Source of the DNA: Halobacteriales archaeon QH_10_67_22
GTDB taxonomy: Archaea; Halobacteriota; Halobacteria; Halobacteriales; Haloarculaceae
NCBI GenBank assembly: GCA_003021305.1
Contig: PXQN01000058.1
Span: 633-64,632, forward strand
DNA length: 64,000 bases
Reading direction: 5' to 3'
Below the pieces are notes generated by a model that made no database searches, was not told the DNA's origin, and saw only the letters and a program-made list of their open reading frames with translations. Numbering within the stretch: position 1 is the first letter of the stretch; each line of letters starts with the position of its first letter. Shown here in pieces: positions 1 through 10,648 of the stretch. The position numbers and the translations under genes are program-made.

Positions 1-94
1 AACTGCCGAAGAACGGGAGTACGCAAAAGACATCAACCAGTTAAAAGATAATATCACGATGTACCCAGGCGGTGAACTTGAAGTGGAGGACTGA
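1..94 (+). CDS. 3' end of a CDS entering the window (...EEREYAKDINQLKDNITMYPGGELEVED*)
   Basis: Open frame from position 2 to TGA at 92-94; acidic peptide; markedly lower GC than the rest of the window. Confidence 0.5.
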   Translation, partial: TAEEREYAKDINQLKDNITMYPGGELEVED

Positions 95-293
95 TCAGGG
101 TTCAATACTCTACGTTTCTCTCCTTTGTCGTATCCACTCGGACACGAATAGGTCAACACGCTTTTCTCTGATCCGAGAGCGAAACGGTTTCTGCGCGCCG
201 GACGGGCGACGAGACTGTTACTTGGTTCGTGTCTGAGTGGATATTCTCCGTGCCCCACAGTCACAGACATTTCTGCGAGTATGGGGTACAAAG

Positions 294-1046
294 TTACTCG
301 TCGGGCGGGTCGGTCAGAACGACGACGAAACTGCCGTCCTCGAGGCCGACGATGCGGGCGCGGGCGTAGAAGGTGTCACCGTCGGGTTGCTCGACGACAC
401 AGCCGCCGGTCCAGCGCCAGTCGTCCCTGACGCGTTCCAGCGCCGTCGATTCGAGGCGGTCGGCCTCTGCGGACGGGAAACACGTCCGCCAGTCCCGGCC
501 CTGGAGTGTCTCCCGGTCGCGACCGACACGACGCGCGAACGAGCGGTCGACGACCGAGAACCGGCCGTCGGGGTCGACGACCGCGGCACCGCAGCGAGTC
601 TCTTCGAGCGCGGCGCCGGTCCGTCGGGCGTGTGCGGCCGCCCGGCGGTGGGCGACCAGCGCCTCGACGCGGCCGGCCAGCAGCGTCGCCGTCACGCCAG
701 CGTCGCCCTTGTGGGCGAGGTCAGTCCACTCGCTGTCGGTGACCGCATCCAGAACCCCGGCGGACGGTGACGAGGCCATCATGACGACCGGGACCGTCGG
801 GGCCTGCTCGCGAACGGTCGACAGCGCGTCGAGCGGGTCCCGCGAATCGCAATCGACCACGACGCAGTCGACGTCGTCGAGACCGTCACCGAGGTCGCCC
901 GACACGGGCCGGACGTCGAACCCGGAGTTCTCGACGAGCGCGTCCACCGCATCGTCGTCCCCGGCCGACAGGACGGAGACGTGTGACTCGGCGGAGAGGC
1001 CGTCGTCCGTGGCACTCAGTTTACTCGGTTCCATTCTGGTCATCAC
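294..1046 (-). CDS. Receiver-like plus PAS domain protein
   Basis: DCVVVD...TVPVVMM receiver-like N-terminus; C-terminal PAS (AVVDPDGRF...WTGGCVVEQPDG); exact start uncertain. Confidence 0.7.
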   Translation of the reverse strand: MMTRMEPSKLSATDDGLSAESHVSVLSAGDDDAVDALVENSGFDVRPVSGDLGDGLDDVDCVVVDCDSRDPLDALSTVREQAPTVPVVMMASSPSAGVLDAVTDSEWTDLAHKGDAGVTATLLAGRVEALVAHRRAAAHARRTGAALEETRCGAAVVDPDGRFSVVDRSFARRVGRDRETLQGRDWRTCFPSAEADRLESTALERVRDDWRWTGGCVVEQPDGDTFYARARIVGLEDGSFVVVLTDPPDE

Positions 1047-1214
1047 CGGTGACGGGGGATCACTGCTCGATCTGTTCGGTGTAGTCTGACTGGATCCAGG
1101 CGTGTCTGTTCTCCGGGTCCGCGATCATGGCCAGTCGCGTGTCACCGACGCCGTACTCCTCGTAGGTCGCTCTGATCTCGTCGTCTTCGCTGTCGTGTGC
1201 GTGACGCGCAGTCA

Positions 1215-1529
1215 TCACGGCCCCCACTCGGACCGCTCGTCGGTCGACTGGGTCACGACACCGTGGCGTGACGGAGTCGCCGGACTCCCGACCGTGACCG
1301 TGCCGTCGCTGTCGACGACGACCGTGTACCCGGCGTACTCGAACTGAACGCGCGTGAGTGTGGCACTCTCGACCAGTCGTTCGAGGGCGTCGGGGTCGAC
1401 GACCTCGCTCAGCTGTGGCTCGAGTGAACGCGGGCTCGTCCCCGCCGCTGTCGCGACCGTCTCGACCACGTCGACGATGACGCCGTCCGACGAACTGTTC
1501 TGTTTCGTGGGCTCCATCATACTCTGCAT
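1215..1529 (-). CDS. HalOD1 output-domain protein
   Basis: VVETVA...L.EVVDPDALERL...VQFEYAGYTVVV signature. Confidence 0.8.
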   Translation of the reverse strand: MQSMMEPTKQNSSSDGVIVDVVETVATAAGTSPRSLEPQLSEVVDPDALERLVESATLTRVQFEYAGYTVVVDSDGTVTVGSPATPSRHGVVTQSTDERSEWGP

Positions 1530-1739
1530 TGGGCCACAGACAGTATCCCTCTGATCGTTACGTGCGTTGGTAGGCGGTAAGGGTGCCCCTAATATGTATA
1601 GTGCCCTCCCGTCGGGGCCCTTCTCGTCGGAGTCCAGGCGGGTGGTTTCGGGTGAGACCAGTGTCGACAGGTACAGGTTGTTTGTTGTATAGTGGCCGGA
1701 GAACCAAATTTTAAACCGCCTCTAGGTGTTTGTAGACTA

Positions 1740-4667
1740 ATGAGTGAGTACTCGTCTCGTCCGGAGACGGTCACAGGGCAGTGGCCGCTCGACCGGAAAC
1801 AGCGCATCGTCGCGCTGGTCGCCGCCGTCGCTATCGGCGGCGTCCTCGCGGCCGTCGCGGGAACCGACCTGGCGAGTCCGGGACAGGTAGTACGGCTCGT
1901 CGGGCTGTTGTCGTTCGGTCTGGTCGGGCTCGCGACCCGTAGCGAGGCCGACGTCGAGCAACTGATAGCGGACGTCGAACGTTTCGAGGCCGGCGAAGAC
2001 GTCTCCTTCGAGACCGACCGCGACGACGAGATCGGACGGCTGTACGAGGCGGTCGGGTCGCTGGCCAGCATCGTTCGCGACAGGGAGACGCGCGACGACC
2101 GGAGCGAACGCTACCGCCAGCGCCTGTACGAGGTCACGTCCTCGCCCGACCTGTCCGACGACGAGAAACGGGAGCGCCTGCTCGAACTCGGCTGTGAGTA
2201 CCTGAACGTCGATAACGGACACGTGACACACATCGACGAGGGCGAGGCCCGCCACGAGGTCGAGGGGGCCTGGGGCTCGGACCTCGTCGAGGCGGACGCC
2301 GTCACTGACCTGTCGGAGACGTTCTGTCGGAAGACGATCGAGTCCGACGACATCCTGGGGGTCGCGGACACGCCGGCGGCCGTCGACGCGAACGACCCCC
2401 GCAACGAGTGGGGGATCGGCTGTTACATCGGCGCGAAGATAGAGACCGACGACGGGCTGTACGGGACAGTCTGTTTCGTCGACGAAGAGCCCCGCGAGCG
2501 GCCGTTCACCGCGAGCGAGAAGTCGTTCGTCGACCTGGTGGCCCGCTGGCTGGGGTACGTCACCGAGCGCCGCGAGCGCGAGCACGAACTCGAACGGACC
2601 AGACACCTGCTCGAACAGGCCCAGCGGATGACCCAGGTCGCCGGCTGGGAACTCGACGTCACCTCGGAACCGCCGGAACTGACCGTGACCGACGAGGGCT
2701 ACCGTCTCCAGGACGTCCAGCCGGACAGAGACGCCAACTTCTTACGGGCCTTAGAGCGTGTCCACCCCGAGGACCGACCCCGTGTCGAGGACGCCGTCGA
2801 CCGGGCGATCGAAGAGGGCGAACCGTTCGACGTCGAACTGCGCCTGACCACCGCCGAGGGCCGGCACCGCTGGAACCAGGTCATCGGCGAACCCGTCAGG
2901 GAGGACGGCGAGGTCGTCGCGGTCCGCGGATCCCTCCAGGACGTCACCGAGCGCAAGGAACGGGAGCTGGCGTTTGAGTCGCTCCACGAGACCGCGCGCG
3001 GACTGCTCGGGATCGAGAGCGAGCGCGACGCCGCCGACCTGGTCGTCGAGACGGCCGCGACGGTGCTCGATGCCGACTGTGTCGCCCTCTACCAGCTCGA
3101 CGGGGCGTCAAACCGGCTGACCGCGACGGCCCACTCGGCGGGCTTTGCCGACCACTACGGCGGGGTGCCCGACGTGGGCGCCGACAGCGACTCGCCGCTG
3201 TGGGACTGTTTCGTCACCGCCACGCCGACGGTGTTCGACGGGACGACCGGCGACGGGGACACGCCGCTCGGTGGCGAGCGGCCGTCCGGCGGTCTGTTCG
3301 TCCCGGTAGGCACCCACGGGGTGTTCGTCGTCGTCACGACCGACCCGCCGGTCGCCGACGACGTCCGCCAGCTGGTCGGGACGCTGGTCGCGACGGCGGC
3401 GGCCGCGTTCGACCGGATCGAGAGCGAGGCGACGCTGCGGGACCGCGAGGCCGAACTCGCGACACAGAACCGGCGGCTCGAACGCCAGATCCAGGTGACC
3501 GACCTCATCAGGCGGATCGACCGGTCGCTGGTCGAGGCGACCAGCCGCGAGGAGATAGAGCAACTGGTCTGTGAGCGACTCGTCGAGGCCGGCGACGCGA
3601 CGTTCGCCTGGGTCGGCGGGCTCGACGCGGCGAGCGACGACCTCGAACCCCGCGCCTGGGCCGGAGCCGGCGAGGAGTATCTCGACACGGTGACGGGCGC
3701 GGCCGCCGAGGGGACCGAACCGGCGGCCGCGGCCGCCGCCACCGGCGAGGTCACCGTCGTCGCCAACGCCGCCGACCGCCTCCACGAGGAGCCGTGGGCC
3801 GAACTCGCACTGGCCCGCGATTTCAGTTCCGTCGTCGCGGTGCCGCTGTCGTTCGACGACTACTCCTACGGCGTGCTCGCCGTCTACGCCGACGAGCCCG
3901 ACGCGTTCACCGAACGCAAGCGGGCCGTGTTCGGCGAACTCGGGGAGAACGTCGCAAACTCCATCAACGCCGTCGAGACCCAGCGGGCGCTGTACGCCGA
4001 CACGCTGGTCGAACTAACACTAGGAATCGACGACGCCGACACGTTCCTGGCCCGCATCGCACGCAAGGCGTCCTGTGACGTGACCTACGAGGGGCTGGCC
4101 ACCCGGGGGACCGACGAAACGCGGCTGTTCTTCACGGCCGAGACCGGCGACGCCGACGCCGTGGCGGCGACCCTCGACGACCTGGTCGTCGTCACCGACT
4201 ACCGCCTCGTCGCCGAGTCCGAGAGCGAGTGTCGGTTCGAGGCGACGGTCGCCGAGGAGACGGTCGCCGCAGTGCTCGTGGGCCACGGCGGGAGCCCGCG
4301 GTCGATCCGTGCCGACGTGGACGGCCTCACCATCGTCGTCGACCTCCCGCCGACCACGGACGTCCGGACGTTCGTAGAGATGCTCACCGGGCGCTACCGC
4401 GGCGTCATCCTCGAGAGCCGGCGGGACGTCGAACGTGCCACACAGGCCCGGAGCGAACTCGTCTCGTCGCTGCTGGACGAGCTCACCGAGCGCCAGCTCG
4501 AAGTGTTGCGGACGGCCTACTTCGCGGGCTTTTTCGAGTGGCCACGCGACTCGACCGGCGAGGACGTCGCCGAGATGCTCGGCGTCACCCAGCCGACGGT
4601 CAACCGCCACCTCCGGCTCGGCCAGGGGAAACTCCTCGCACAGCTGTTCGAGGGCGGGGCGCCCTGA
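1740..4667 (+). CDS. Bacterio-opsin activator (Bat)-like sensor-regulator (TM, HAMP, GAF, PAS, GAF, GAF, HTH)
   Basis: DDEIGRL HAMP motif; PAS VHPEDR; C-terminal LTERQLEVLRTAYFAGFFEWPR...TVNRHLR HTH_10. Confidence 0.88.
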   Translation: MSEYSSRPETVTGQWPLDRKQRIVALVAAVAIGGVLAAVAGTDLASPGQVVRLVGLLSFGLVGLATRSEADVEQLIADVERFEAGEDVSFETDRDDEIGRLYEAVGSLASIVRDRETRDDRSERYRQRLYEVTSSPDLSDDEKRERLLELGCEYLNVDNGHVTHIDEGEARHEVEGAWGSDLVEADAVTDLSETFCRKTIESDDILGVADTPAAVDANDPRNEWGIGCYIGAKIETDDGLYGTVCFVDEEPRERPFTASEKSFVDLVARWLGYVTERREREHELERTRHLLEQAQRMTQVAGWELDVTSEPPELTVTDEGYRLQDVQPDRDANFLRALERVHPEDRPRVEDAVDRAIEEGEPFDVELRLTTAEGRHRWNQVIGEPVREDGEVVAVRGSLQDVTERKERELAFESLHETARGLLGIESERDAADLVVETAATVLDADCVALYQLDGASNRLTATAHSAGFADHYGGVPDVGADSDSPLWDCFVTATPTVFDGTTGDGDTPLGGERPSGGLFVPVGTHGVFVVVTTDPPVADDVRQLVGTLVATAAAAFDRIESEATLRDREAELATQNRRLERQIQVTDLIRRIDRSLVEATSREEIEQLVCERLVEAGDATFAWVGGLDAASDDLEPRAWAGAGEEYLDTVTGAAAEGTEPAAAAAATGEVTVVANAADRLHEEPWAELALARDFSSVVAVPLSFDDYSYGVLAVYADEPDAFTERKRAVFGELGENVANSINAVETQRALYADTLVELTLGIDDADTFLARIARKASCDVTYEGLATRGTDETRLFFTAETGDADAVAATLDDLVVVTDYRLVAESESECRFEATVAEETVAAVLVGHGGSPRSIRADVDGLTIVVDLPPTTDVRTFVEMLTGRYRGVILESRRDVERATQARSELVSSLLDELTERQLEVLRTAYFAGFFEWPRDSTGEDVAEMLGVTQPTVNRHLRLGQGKLLAQLFEGGAP

Positions 4668-4798
4668 CCACCGTGGGACCCCGCGGGTTACCCACTGACG
4701 CCAGGAGTCCACAGTCCGCCGGCGGCCGAGACGGTGGACCGTGTCACCGGCTCCCAGCCCACCCGAACAGTCTTTCCGTCCCCACCCGACCAGCGAGT

Positions 4799-5617
4799 AT
4801 GACCGAGGAGCACACGCCCGGATCGGCCGGCGACCCGACGAACGCGTGGGACGCCGACGACTACGACACCGACACCGGCTTCGTCGCCGCCTACGGCGAG
4901 TCGGTGGTCGACCTGCTCGACCCCCAACCGGGCGAGCGGGTGCTCGACCTCGGGTCGGGGACGGGCCATCTCACCGCCGAGATCGCCGACGCAGTCGGCC
5001 CCGACGGCGCCGTCGTCGGCGTCGACAGTGCCCCGGAGATGGTCGCGGCGGCCCGGGAGTCCTACCCCGGTGTCGAGTTCGTCCACGCCGACGCCCGTGC
5101 ACTCACCGCCGCGGACCTGCCGGTCGGGTCGGTCGACGCCGTCTTCTCGAACGCGGCGCTACACTGGATCCCGGGCGCGGACCAGGCTGCGGTCGCCCGA
5201 CGGGTCGCCGACGTCCTCGACCCCGGCGGGCGCTTCGTCGCGGAACTCGGCGGCACGGGCAACGTGTCGGCCATCGTCGACGCCACGAAAGCGCCACTCC
5301 GCGAGCGCGGGTACGACCGCGATCCGAACTGGTACTTCCCGACGGTCGGCGAGCACGCGACGGTGCTCGAACGGACGGGGTTCGAGGTGAGCATGGCCCG
5401 CCTGTTCGACCGCCCGACCGAACTGGACGGCGAATCAGGCCTGCGCGACTGGCTCGACGTCTTCGGGGACTCGCTGTTCGCCGGCCTCGACGAGGCCGAA
5501 CGCGAGGCCGTCGTCAGCGCCGTCGAGGACCGCTTGCGCGACCGGCTGTACGACCCCGGGACCGAGACCTGGACCGCCGACTACCGGCGCCTCCGGTTCC
5601 GCGCGGTCCGGGAGTGA
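4799..5617 (+). CDS. Class I SAM-dependent methyltransferase (Tam-like)
   Basis: VLDLGSGTG, DAVFSNAALHW and ADYRRLRF motifs. Confidence 0.88.
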   Translation: MTEEHTPGSAGDPTNAWDADDYDTDTGFVAAYGESVVDLLDPQPGERVLDLGSGTGHLTAEIADAVGPDGAVVGVDSAPEMVAAARESYPGVEFVHADARALTAADLPVGSVDAVFSNAALHWIPGADQAAVARRVADVLDPGGRFVAELGGTGNVSAIVDATKAPLRERGYDRDPNWYFPTVGEHATVLERTGFEVSMARLFDRPTELDGESGLRDWLDVFGDSLFAGLDEAEREAVVSAVEDRLRDRLYDPGTETWTADYRRLRFRAVRE

Positions 5618-5835
5618 CCGGTACGAACCGCTCGCGTCGGCCCGACAGACCACACCACGCCGGCCGCCCCGGGAATTACAGCATCTGATAATAGAGCCCA
5701 AAACTGTTCTACGGTGGCGGCCCCAGACGAAACACGATACCGAGTGCTGAGTGTCGGTCTGACGGTGGACGCCCCCTCTACGGCAAGCGGCGTCGTCGCT
5801 GTCGGGCGACACAGCAGTGTCGGGAACGAGTAGGA

Positions 5836-7308
5836 ATGACAGTGCGCTCGGCGGATCTGATCGGTGTGCTGTACGTCGTCGGCGAGCAGGGGACGGATAT
5901 CGCCCTCCGGAACCTGGAGCGCACGCACGACCAGTTTACGGTGTCCGTGGCCGACGGGGGCGGGACGGTCGGTGCGAGCGACGCCGACTGTCTGCTAGTC
6001 GACGGGCCAGGATTCGACGGGTCGCTCGAGGGGGTTCTCGACGGTGTCCCGTCACACCTGCCGGTCGTACTGGTCGTCGGCGAGGACGACGACGTGCCGA
6101 CGGACGAGTCCGGGTCGGTACTGGCGACAGAGTTCATCCGGCGTCGGGACGCGGCCGAGGCCGCCCGGCTCGCCACCAGAGTTCGGTCGGCCGTCGCTCG
6201 TTCGGGGCTGGACCAGCGGGACCGACAGCAGATCCTCCGGGAACTGCACGACGTCGCGACCGAACTCCCCGAATACGACAGCGTCGAGGCGGTCTGTGAG
6301 CGGACGGTCGAGGCGGCCGAGACGGTGCTGGAGTTCGACAACTGCGTGATCACCCTCGCGGAAGGCGACCGGATGCGACTGGTCGCTCTCTCCGACGAGT
6401 TCCCGGGCCGGGACTTCGACTCGCTCCCGATCGACGACAGCTACGCCGGATACATCTACCGGACCGGAGGGTCGATCATCGCAGACGACATCAGCAACTT
6501 TCAGAAGGCGAACCCGCAGGGACCGTACAGGAGCGGGATGAGCATCGCACTGGGCGACCACGGGACCTGCCAGATGATCTCGGAGCGGGTAGGCGCTTTC
6601 GACGAGGGGGACAAGGAGCTCGCGGAACTGCTCGTGGCCCACACCGAATCGGCGCTGGACCGGCTGACGCGGGAGACGGAACTCAGAGCGCAAAACGAGC
6701 GTCTCGAGGAGTTCGCCAACGTCCTCACCCACGACCTCCGGAACCCGCTCAACGTCGCCCGCGGGCGGGTCGACCTCGCCTACGAGACCGGCGACACTGA
6801 CCAGTTAGCGGTCGCGCTCGACGCGTTAGACTGGATGGAGACGCTGATCGACAACCTGCTCACGCTGGCCTGCGACGGCGAGGACCTCGGGGAGAGACAG
6901 GAGGTGTCGCTCGAGACGGTCGCACGCGCCTGCTGGCGGACCGTCGAGACGGAAGCGGCGACGCTCGAAACGGGCCGGGACGTGACACTCCGGGCCGACC
7001 GGTCCAGGCTCCAGCAGTTGCTCGCGAACCTCACCCGGAACGCGATCGACCACGCCGGTGACGACGTGGACATCGAGATCGGTGGACTCGACGACGGCTT
7101 CTACGTCGCCGACGACGGACCGGGGATTCCGCCAGCGGAGCGAGACAGCGTCTTCGAGGTCGGACACTCGACCGGCCGAGGCGGGACCGGGTTCGGACTC
7201 GCGATCGTCGAACGCATCGCCGACGCCCACGGCTGGGCTATCGACGTGGACGAGAGCGAGCCCGGCGGCGCACGCTTCGTGGTCTCCGGCGTCGATGTCG
7301 TGGCCTGA
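5836..7308 (+). CDS. GAF sensor histidine kinase
   Basis: H-box THDLRNPL; N-box NLTRNA; G boxes DDGPGI and GTGFGL. Confidence 0.92.
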   Translation: MTVRSADLIGVLYVVGEQGTDIALRNLERTHDQFTVSVADGGGTVGASDADCLLVDGPGFDGSLEGVLDGVPSHLPVVLVVGEDDDVPTDESGSVLATEFIRRRDAAEAARLATRVRSAVARSGLDQRDRQQILRELHDVATELPEYDSVEAVCERTVEAAETVLEFDNCVITLAEGDRMRLVALSDEFPGRDFDSLPIDDSYAGYIYRTGGSIIADDISNFQKANPQGPYRSGMSIALGDHGTCQMISERVGAFDEGDKELAELLVAHTESALDRLTRETELRAQNERLEEFANVLTHDLRNPLNVARGRVDLAYETGDTDQLAVALDALDWMETLIDNLLTLACDGEDLGERQEVSLETVARACWRTVETEAATLETGRDVTLRADRSRLQQLLANLTRNAIDHAGDDVDIEIGGLDDGFYVADDGPGIPPAERDSVFEVGHSTGRGGTGFGLAIVERIADAHGWAIDVDESEPGGARFVVSGVDVVA

Positions 7309-7417
7309 TACTGTCGGACACAAGTACGTGAACACACTCGTCGGTGTGTCACCATCGAGACGTCTCGGAGACCGCCAAACGAAGTATCGAGTGTCGACTT
7401 GCTTGTGTCCGACAGTA
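7309..7417. mobile_element. MITE-like hairpin element, family A, copy 1 (109 bp)
   Basis: 16-bp TIR TACTGTCGGACACAAG/CTTGTGTCCGACAGTA; flanked by TGA on both sides, the left one being the kinase stop codon; central palindrome CGAGACGTCTCG. Confidence 0.9.
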
Positions 7418-7535
7418 TGAGCCCGCGGATAGGGGAGGCGTCGTGGTGGCGACGTCGCGACCCGGGTGAGTGACCCGGGACGATCCACACAGGGCGTCCA
7501 CAGGGTTTTAGCGGCCGAGTGTGGAACTGCAAGCG

Positions 7536-8060
7536 ATGGCCAACTCCAACGAGAAAGGGGACCGCCGCGAGCGCGAACTCGTCAACGAACTCGACGGGGC
7601 GGGCTTTGCGGTGATGCGCGCACCGGCCAGCGGGAGCGCCACCGAGCGGGAACTCCCGGACGTGCTCGCGGGCGACGGCGATGACTTCTACGCCATCGAG
7701 GCCAAGTCCTCCTCGGGCGCGCCGATCTATCTGGACGGCGAGGAGGTCGAGGCGCTGCTGTTTTTCGCGCGCAACTTCGGCGCGAAACCCCGCATCGGCG
7801 TCCGGTTCGACCGCGAGGACTGGTACTTCTTCCACCCTGGCGACGACGCCGTCCACGTCACCGACGGCGGGAACTACCGCGTCAAGAAAGAGACCGCGCT
7901 GGCCGACGGCGTCGACTTCGACGAACTCGTCGGCCACTCCGAGAAGGTCACGCTCGACGAAGTCGGTGAGTCGGGGCCCGACCAGGCGACGCTGGACGTC
8001 CTCGGCGCGCTCGAACGGGGCGACCTCACGAGAGAAGAGGCCGCCGAGATGCTCGATTAG
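7536..8060 (+). CDS. hjc: Holliday junction resolvase Hjc
   Basis: [10 protein letters not shown]...RAPASG...PDVLAG...IEAK nuclease motif. Confidence 0.93.
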   Translation: MANSNEKGDRRERELVNELDGAGFAVMRAPASGSATERELPDVLAGDGDDFYAIEAKSSSGAPIYLDGEEVEALLFFARNFGAKPRIGVRFDREDWYFFHPGDDAVHVTDGGNYRVKKETALADGVDFDELVGHSEKVTLDEVGESGPDQATLDVLGALERGDLTREEAAEMLD

Positions 8061-8704
8061 ACGTTCGGGTCCGGCACGTCCAGGATCTGCGCGTTGTCGA
8101 CCCGTGCCAGTCGCGAGCGGGGAAACGAGTACCGGCGCGGGTTCTCGGCGGCGTACTCGCCGAGGTAGGTCGCCTCGACGACGGGGTCGTCCCGGGGGTA
8201 GGCCGCGTTGGTGTCGTAGGCGGCCACGAGTCGGTTGTCGGGGCCGACGCGGACCTCGTCGGCGCGGCGGTCGCTCACGCCCGCGACGACGAGTCGCTTC
8301 CCGCTCTCGCGGTCCCGGACGACGTCGCCCGGGCCGAGGTGACAGTCCGGACAGAGCGCGGGGACCGCATTCGTGGGGACGAACGTCTCGGCGCCACAGG
8401 CCCGACACGTCGCGCGGCGCTCGCCGGGCGGCGGGACCCGGCCCGTCGAGATCTCGATGGCGACCCGCCGGAGGTGTTTGCACCGCTCGCCCCGGATCGC
8501 GTGGTCGGGACAGGTACACGACCGGTTCTCCGGGTCGACGACGTAGGTGGCGCCGCTCTCGCTGTCGACGGCGTACCGGCCGTCGCCGAGCGGGCGGACG
8601 GCCATGCGCTCGGTCCAGGCCCGGGCCGCGCGCTCGTCCATACGCCGGACGTCCGGTGCGAGTGCGGTCCGCTGGGTCGGTGTGGGGTGTCGTGAATTAG
8701 CCAT
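8057..8704 (-). CDS. SWIM zinc-finger protein
   Basis: CTCPD...CKH SWIM motif plus CRAC/CPDC knuckles. Confidence 0.85.
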   Translation of the reverse strand: MANSRHPTPTQRTALAPDVRRMDERAARAWTERMAVRPLGDGRYAVDSESGATYVVDPENRSCTCPDHAIRGERCKHLRRVAIEISTGRVPPPGERRATCRACGAETFVPTNAVPALCPDCHLGPGDVVRDRESGKRLVVAGVSDRRADEVRVGPDNRLVAAYDTNAAYPRDDPVVEATYLGEYAAENPRRYSFPRSRLARVDNAQILDVPDPNV

Positions 8705-8923
8705 AGGCATTCGGACGCGTCTGTTTTTCCCGCTGCGTCCACACGAAACGTAGGTGCTGGACGACCCTAAACCCGTCGCCAGTGTCGGGAGCGGGGTAGT
8801 CTCGCAGGGGCGAGCCGGACGGTTCGGAAGAACACGAACGGGGACGGCCGGTCGGGAACCGTCCGTTTCGGGGCTGGTGGGTGCTTCGAAGCCCTTTTGA
8901 CCGGGCCGGAGGAACGGAGCGGC

Positions 8924-9172
8924 ATGGACGTAGACCGGAAGACGGTCGTCGAACTGGCCGTCTCGGCGTTCATCATCGTCGCGTTCACTGCCGGGGTGTT
9001 CTTCGTGAGTCGGGTCTACGCAGACCCGGACAACGCGACGACCAACTCGTCGATACCGCCGTCGATCCTGCCCGACGGAGGTCTCGCGCTCGTGGGGACG
9101 ATCGGCGTGTTCGTCCTGCTGGTCGCCGGCATCGGGCTGTTCATGTACAGCCAGGACTTCGACGAGGACTAA
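8924..9172 (+). CDS. Small two-TM membrane protein
   Basis: Two hydrophobic helices and an acidic C-terminus. Confidence 0.7.
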   Translation: MDVDRKTVVELAVSAFIIVAFTAGVFFVSRVYADPDNATTNSSIPPSILPDGGLALVGTIGVFVLLVAGIGLFMYSQDFDED

Positions 9173-9252
9173 TAGTGATTATTGTCGGTCTGTTCCGGAT
9201 CGACCGCACGCAATCGTGCGGTCGTACCGGTAAATCGCTACAATAATCACTA
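9173..9252. mobile_element. MITE-like hairpin element, family B, copy 1 (80 bp)
   Basis: TIR TAGTGATTATTGT/ACAATAATCACTA; flanked by TAA/TAA, the left one being a stop codon; internal hairpin CGACCGCACG-CAAT-CGTGCGGTCG. Confidence 0.9.
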
Positions 9253-9278
9253 TAAGTCGGTCCCGGAGAGTCGTCGGG

Positions 9279-10370
9279 TCAGGCCTCGGACGATTCGTCG
9301 GCGTCGTCGTCGCGCCAGTCGACCAGGTCGTCCTCGTCTTCCTCGTCTATGCGGTGTTCGTAGTAGTTCAGCGGGTGGGACTCGTCGATGACGTCCTCGC
9401 AGATGTCGTCCTTGTTGTAGCAGTCGCCGTAGGACTGCATCGTCGCACACGACGGCGGTGAGTACTCCGTCGGACTGGTCGCGCCGCGGATGTGGTCGAC
9501 CTGGTAGCGAGTCGCCTCCTCGCCGAACCCGGGGTTGACCTCGAACAGGTCGACGATCTCGTCTGTCGTCATCCCGATGCTCGTCAGGAACGAGGCGATC
9601 GCAAAGCGGGAGTGGTGTTCGAGGTGGTCGCCCTTCTGTATCCGGTCCAGCAGGTGTTTCATACAGGGCGGGAACAGCTCGGGGACGACGGTGTCGATCT
9701 CGCGTGTCAGGTCCAGGTCGGCGAGGCGGTCCTCGAGGTCGGCGACTTCCGCGTCGAGTTCGTCGGCGATGACGTCGGGCACCGACAGCGGGAGCCCGTC
9801 GACGACGCGGTGCTGGACGGCCTGCTGACAGAGCGCGAGCAGTTCTTCGCGGGTGACGGTCACCTCGCCGTCGACGAGCGTCCGGTTGACCAGCCGCCAC
9901 TCGTCGCCCCACTTGTCGGCCGCGAGATCCAGGTACGCCCCGACGCCGACCCGGTAGCCGTCGGGCGTCTCGCGCACGTCGCCGGTCAGGTCGAACTCCG
10001 CGAGCAGGTCGGCCAGTGCCAGCCGCTCGGTGCGCGTGCTCTTGTACTCGCTCGTCGCGGCCAGTTCGTCGGTGAACCGCTCGCGGGCCGTCGCCGCCTC
10101 GGCGCGGGCGTACTTGCGGGTCAGGACGCGCTGGTCGACCAGCGAGACGAGCACCCGCGCGACCGGGTACGAGAGCACCTCGACGCGGGTCCGGCGGTGG
10201 GCCTCGCCGACCGTCCCGTCGGCCAGCGCCGAGGCGACGCGGTCGCGGCCGCGCGCCACGACGGCGTCTTCCGTCGCGACCACCGCCGCGAGGTCGACGC
10301 CCGCCTCGTCGACGGCCCGCCTGGCAGCCGACAGGAACGGATAGCGCGCGTGCAGCGGTGTGATCGCCAT
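9279..10370 (-). CDS. priL: DNA primase large subunit
   Basis: ARYPFL N-terminus; Fe-S domain FPPCM...HHSRF...YQVDHI...PPSCATM..C....C. Confidence 0.93.
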   Translation of the reverse strand: MAITPLHARYPFLSAARRAVDEAGVDLAAVVATEDAVVARGRDRVASALADGTVGEAHRRTRVEVLSYPVARVLVSLVDQRVLTRKYARAEAATARERFTDELAATSEYKSTRTERLALADLLAEFDLTGDVRETPDGYRVGVGAYLDLAADKWGDEWRLVNRTLVDGEVTVTREELLALCQQAVQHRVVDGLPLSVPDVIADELDAEVADLEDRLADLDLTREIDTVVPELFPPCMKHLLDRIQKGDHLEHHSRFAIASFLTSIGMTTDEIVDLFEVNPGFGEEATRYQVDHIRGATSPTEYSPPSCATMQSYGDCYNKDDICEDVIDESHPLNYYEHRIDEEDEDDLVDWRDDDADESSEA

Positions 10371-10648
10371 CTGCAGGCCGGTTGCGCGCGAACCCGAATA
10401 AACCCCGTGGTCGGTCCGCACCGCTCCCGCGGCTGCGAACCCGGCGACTGCAGACGGACGGGCCGCTCGACGTTCGGACTGAAACCGGTGACCGTCCCCG
10501 GCGGCCCCGGCGTGAGCATCGAAAGGGGGGAAGGGGGAAGGAGGAAGGGGATGAGGGTGGTCGGTAGGTGGGGACCCACCGACCATACTGAAATGCCGAA
10601 GGTGGAGCGGGTCAGCCGCTCCGACCGGCCGCTGACATCCACGTTCCG

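Noticed and set aside
10520..10575. G/A-rich tract as a G-quadruplex or ncRNA
   Set aside because: More simply a pyrimidine-rich terminator region on the minus strand behind the secreted-protein gene; no further support
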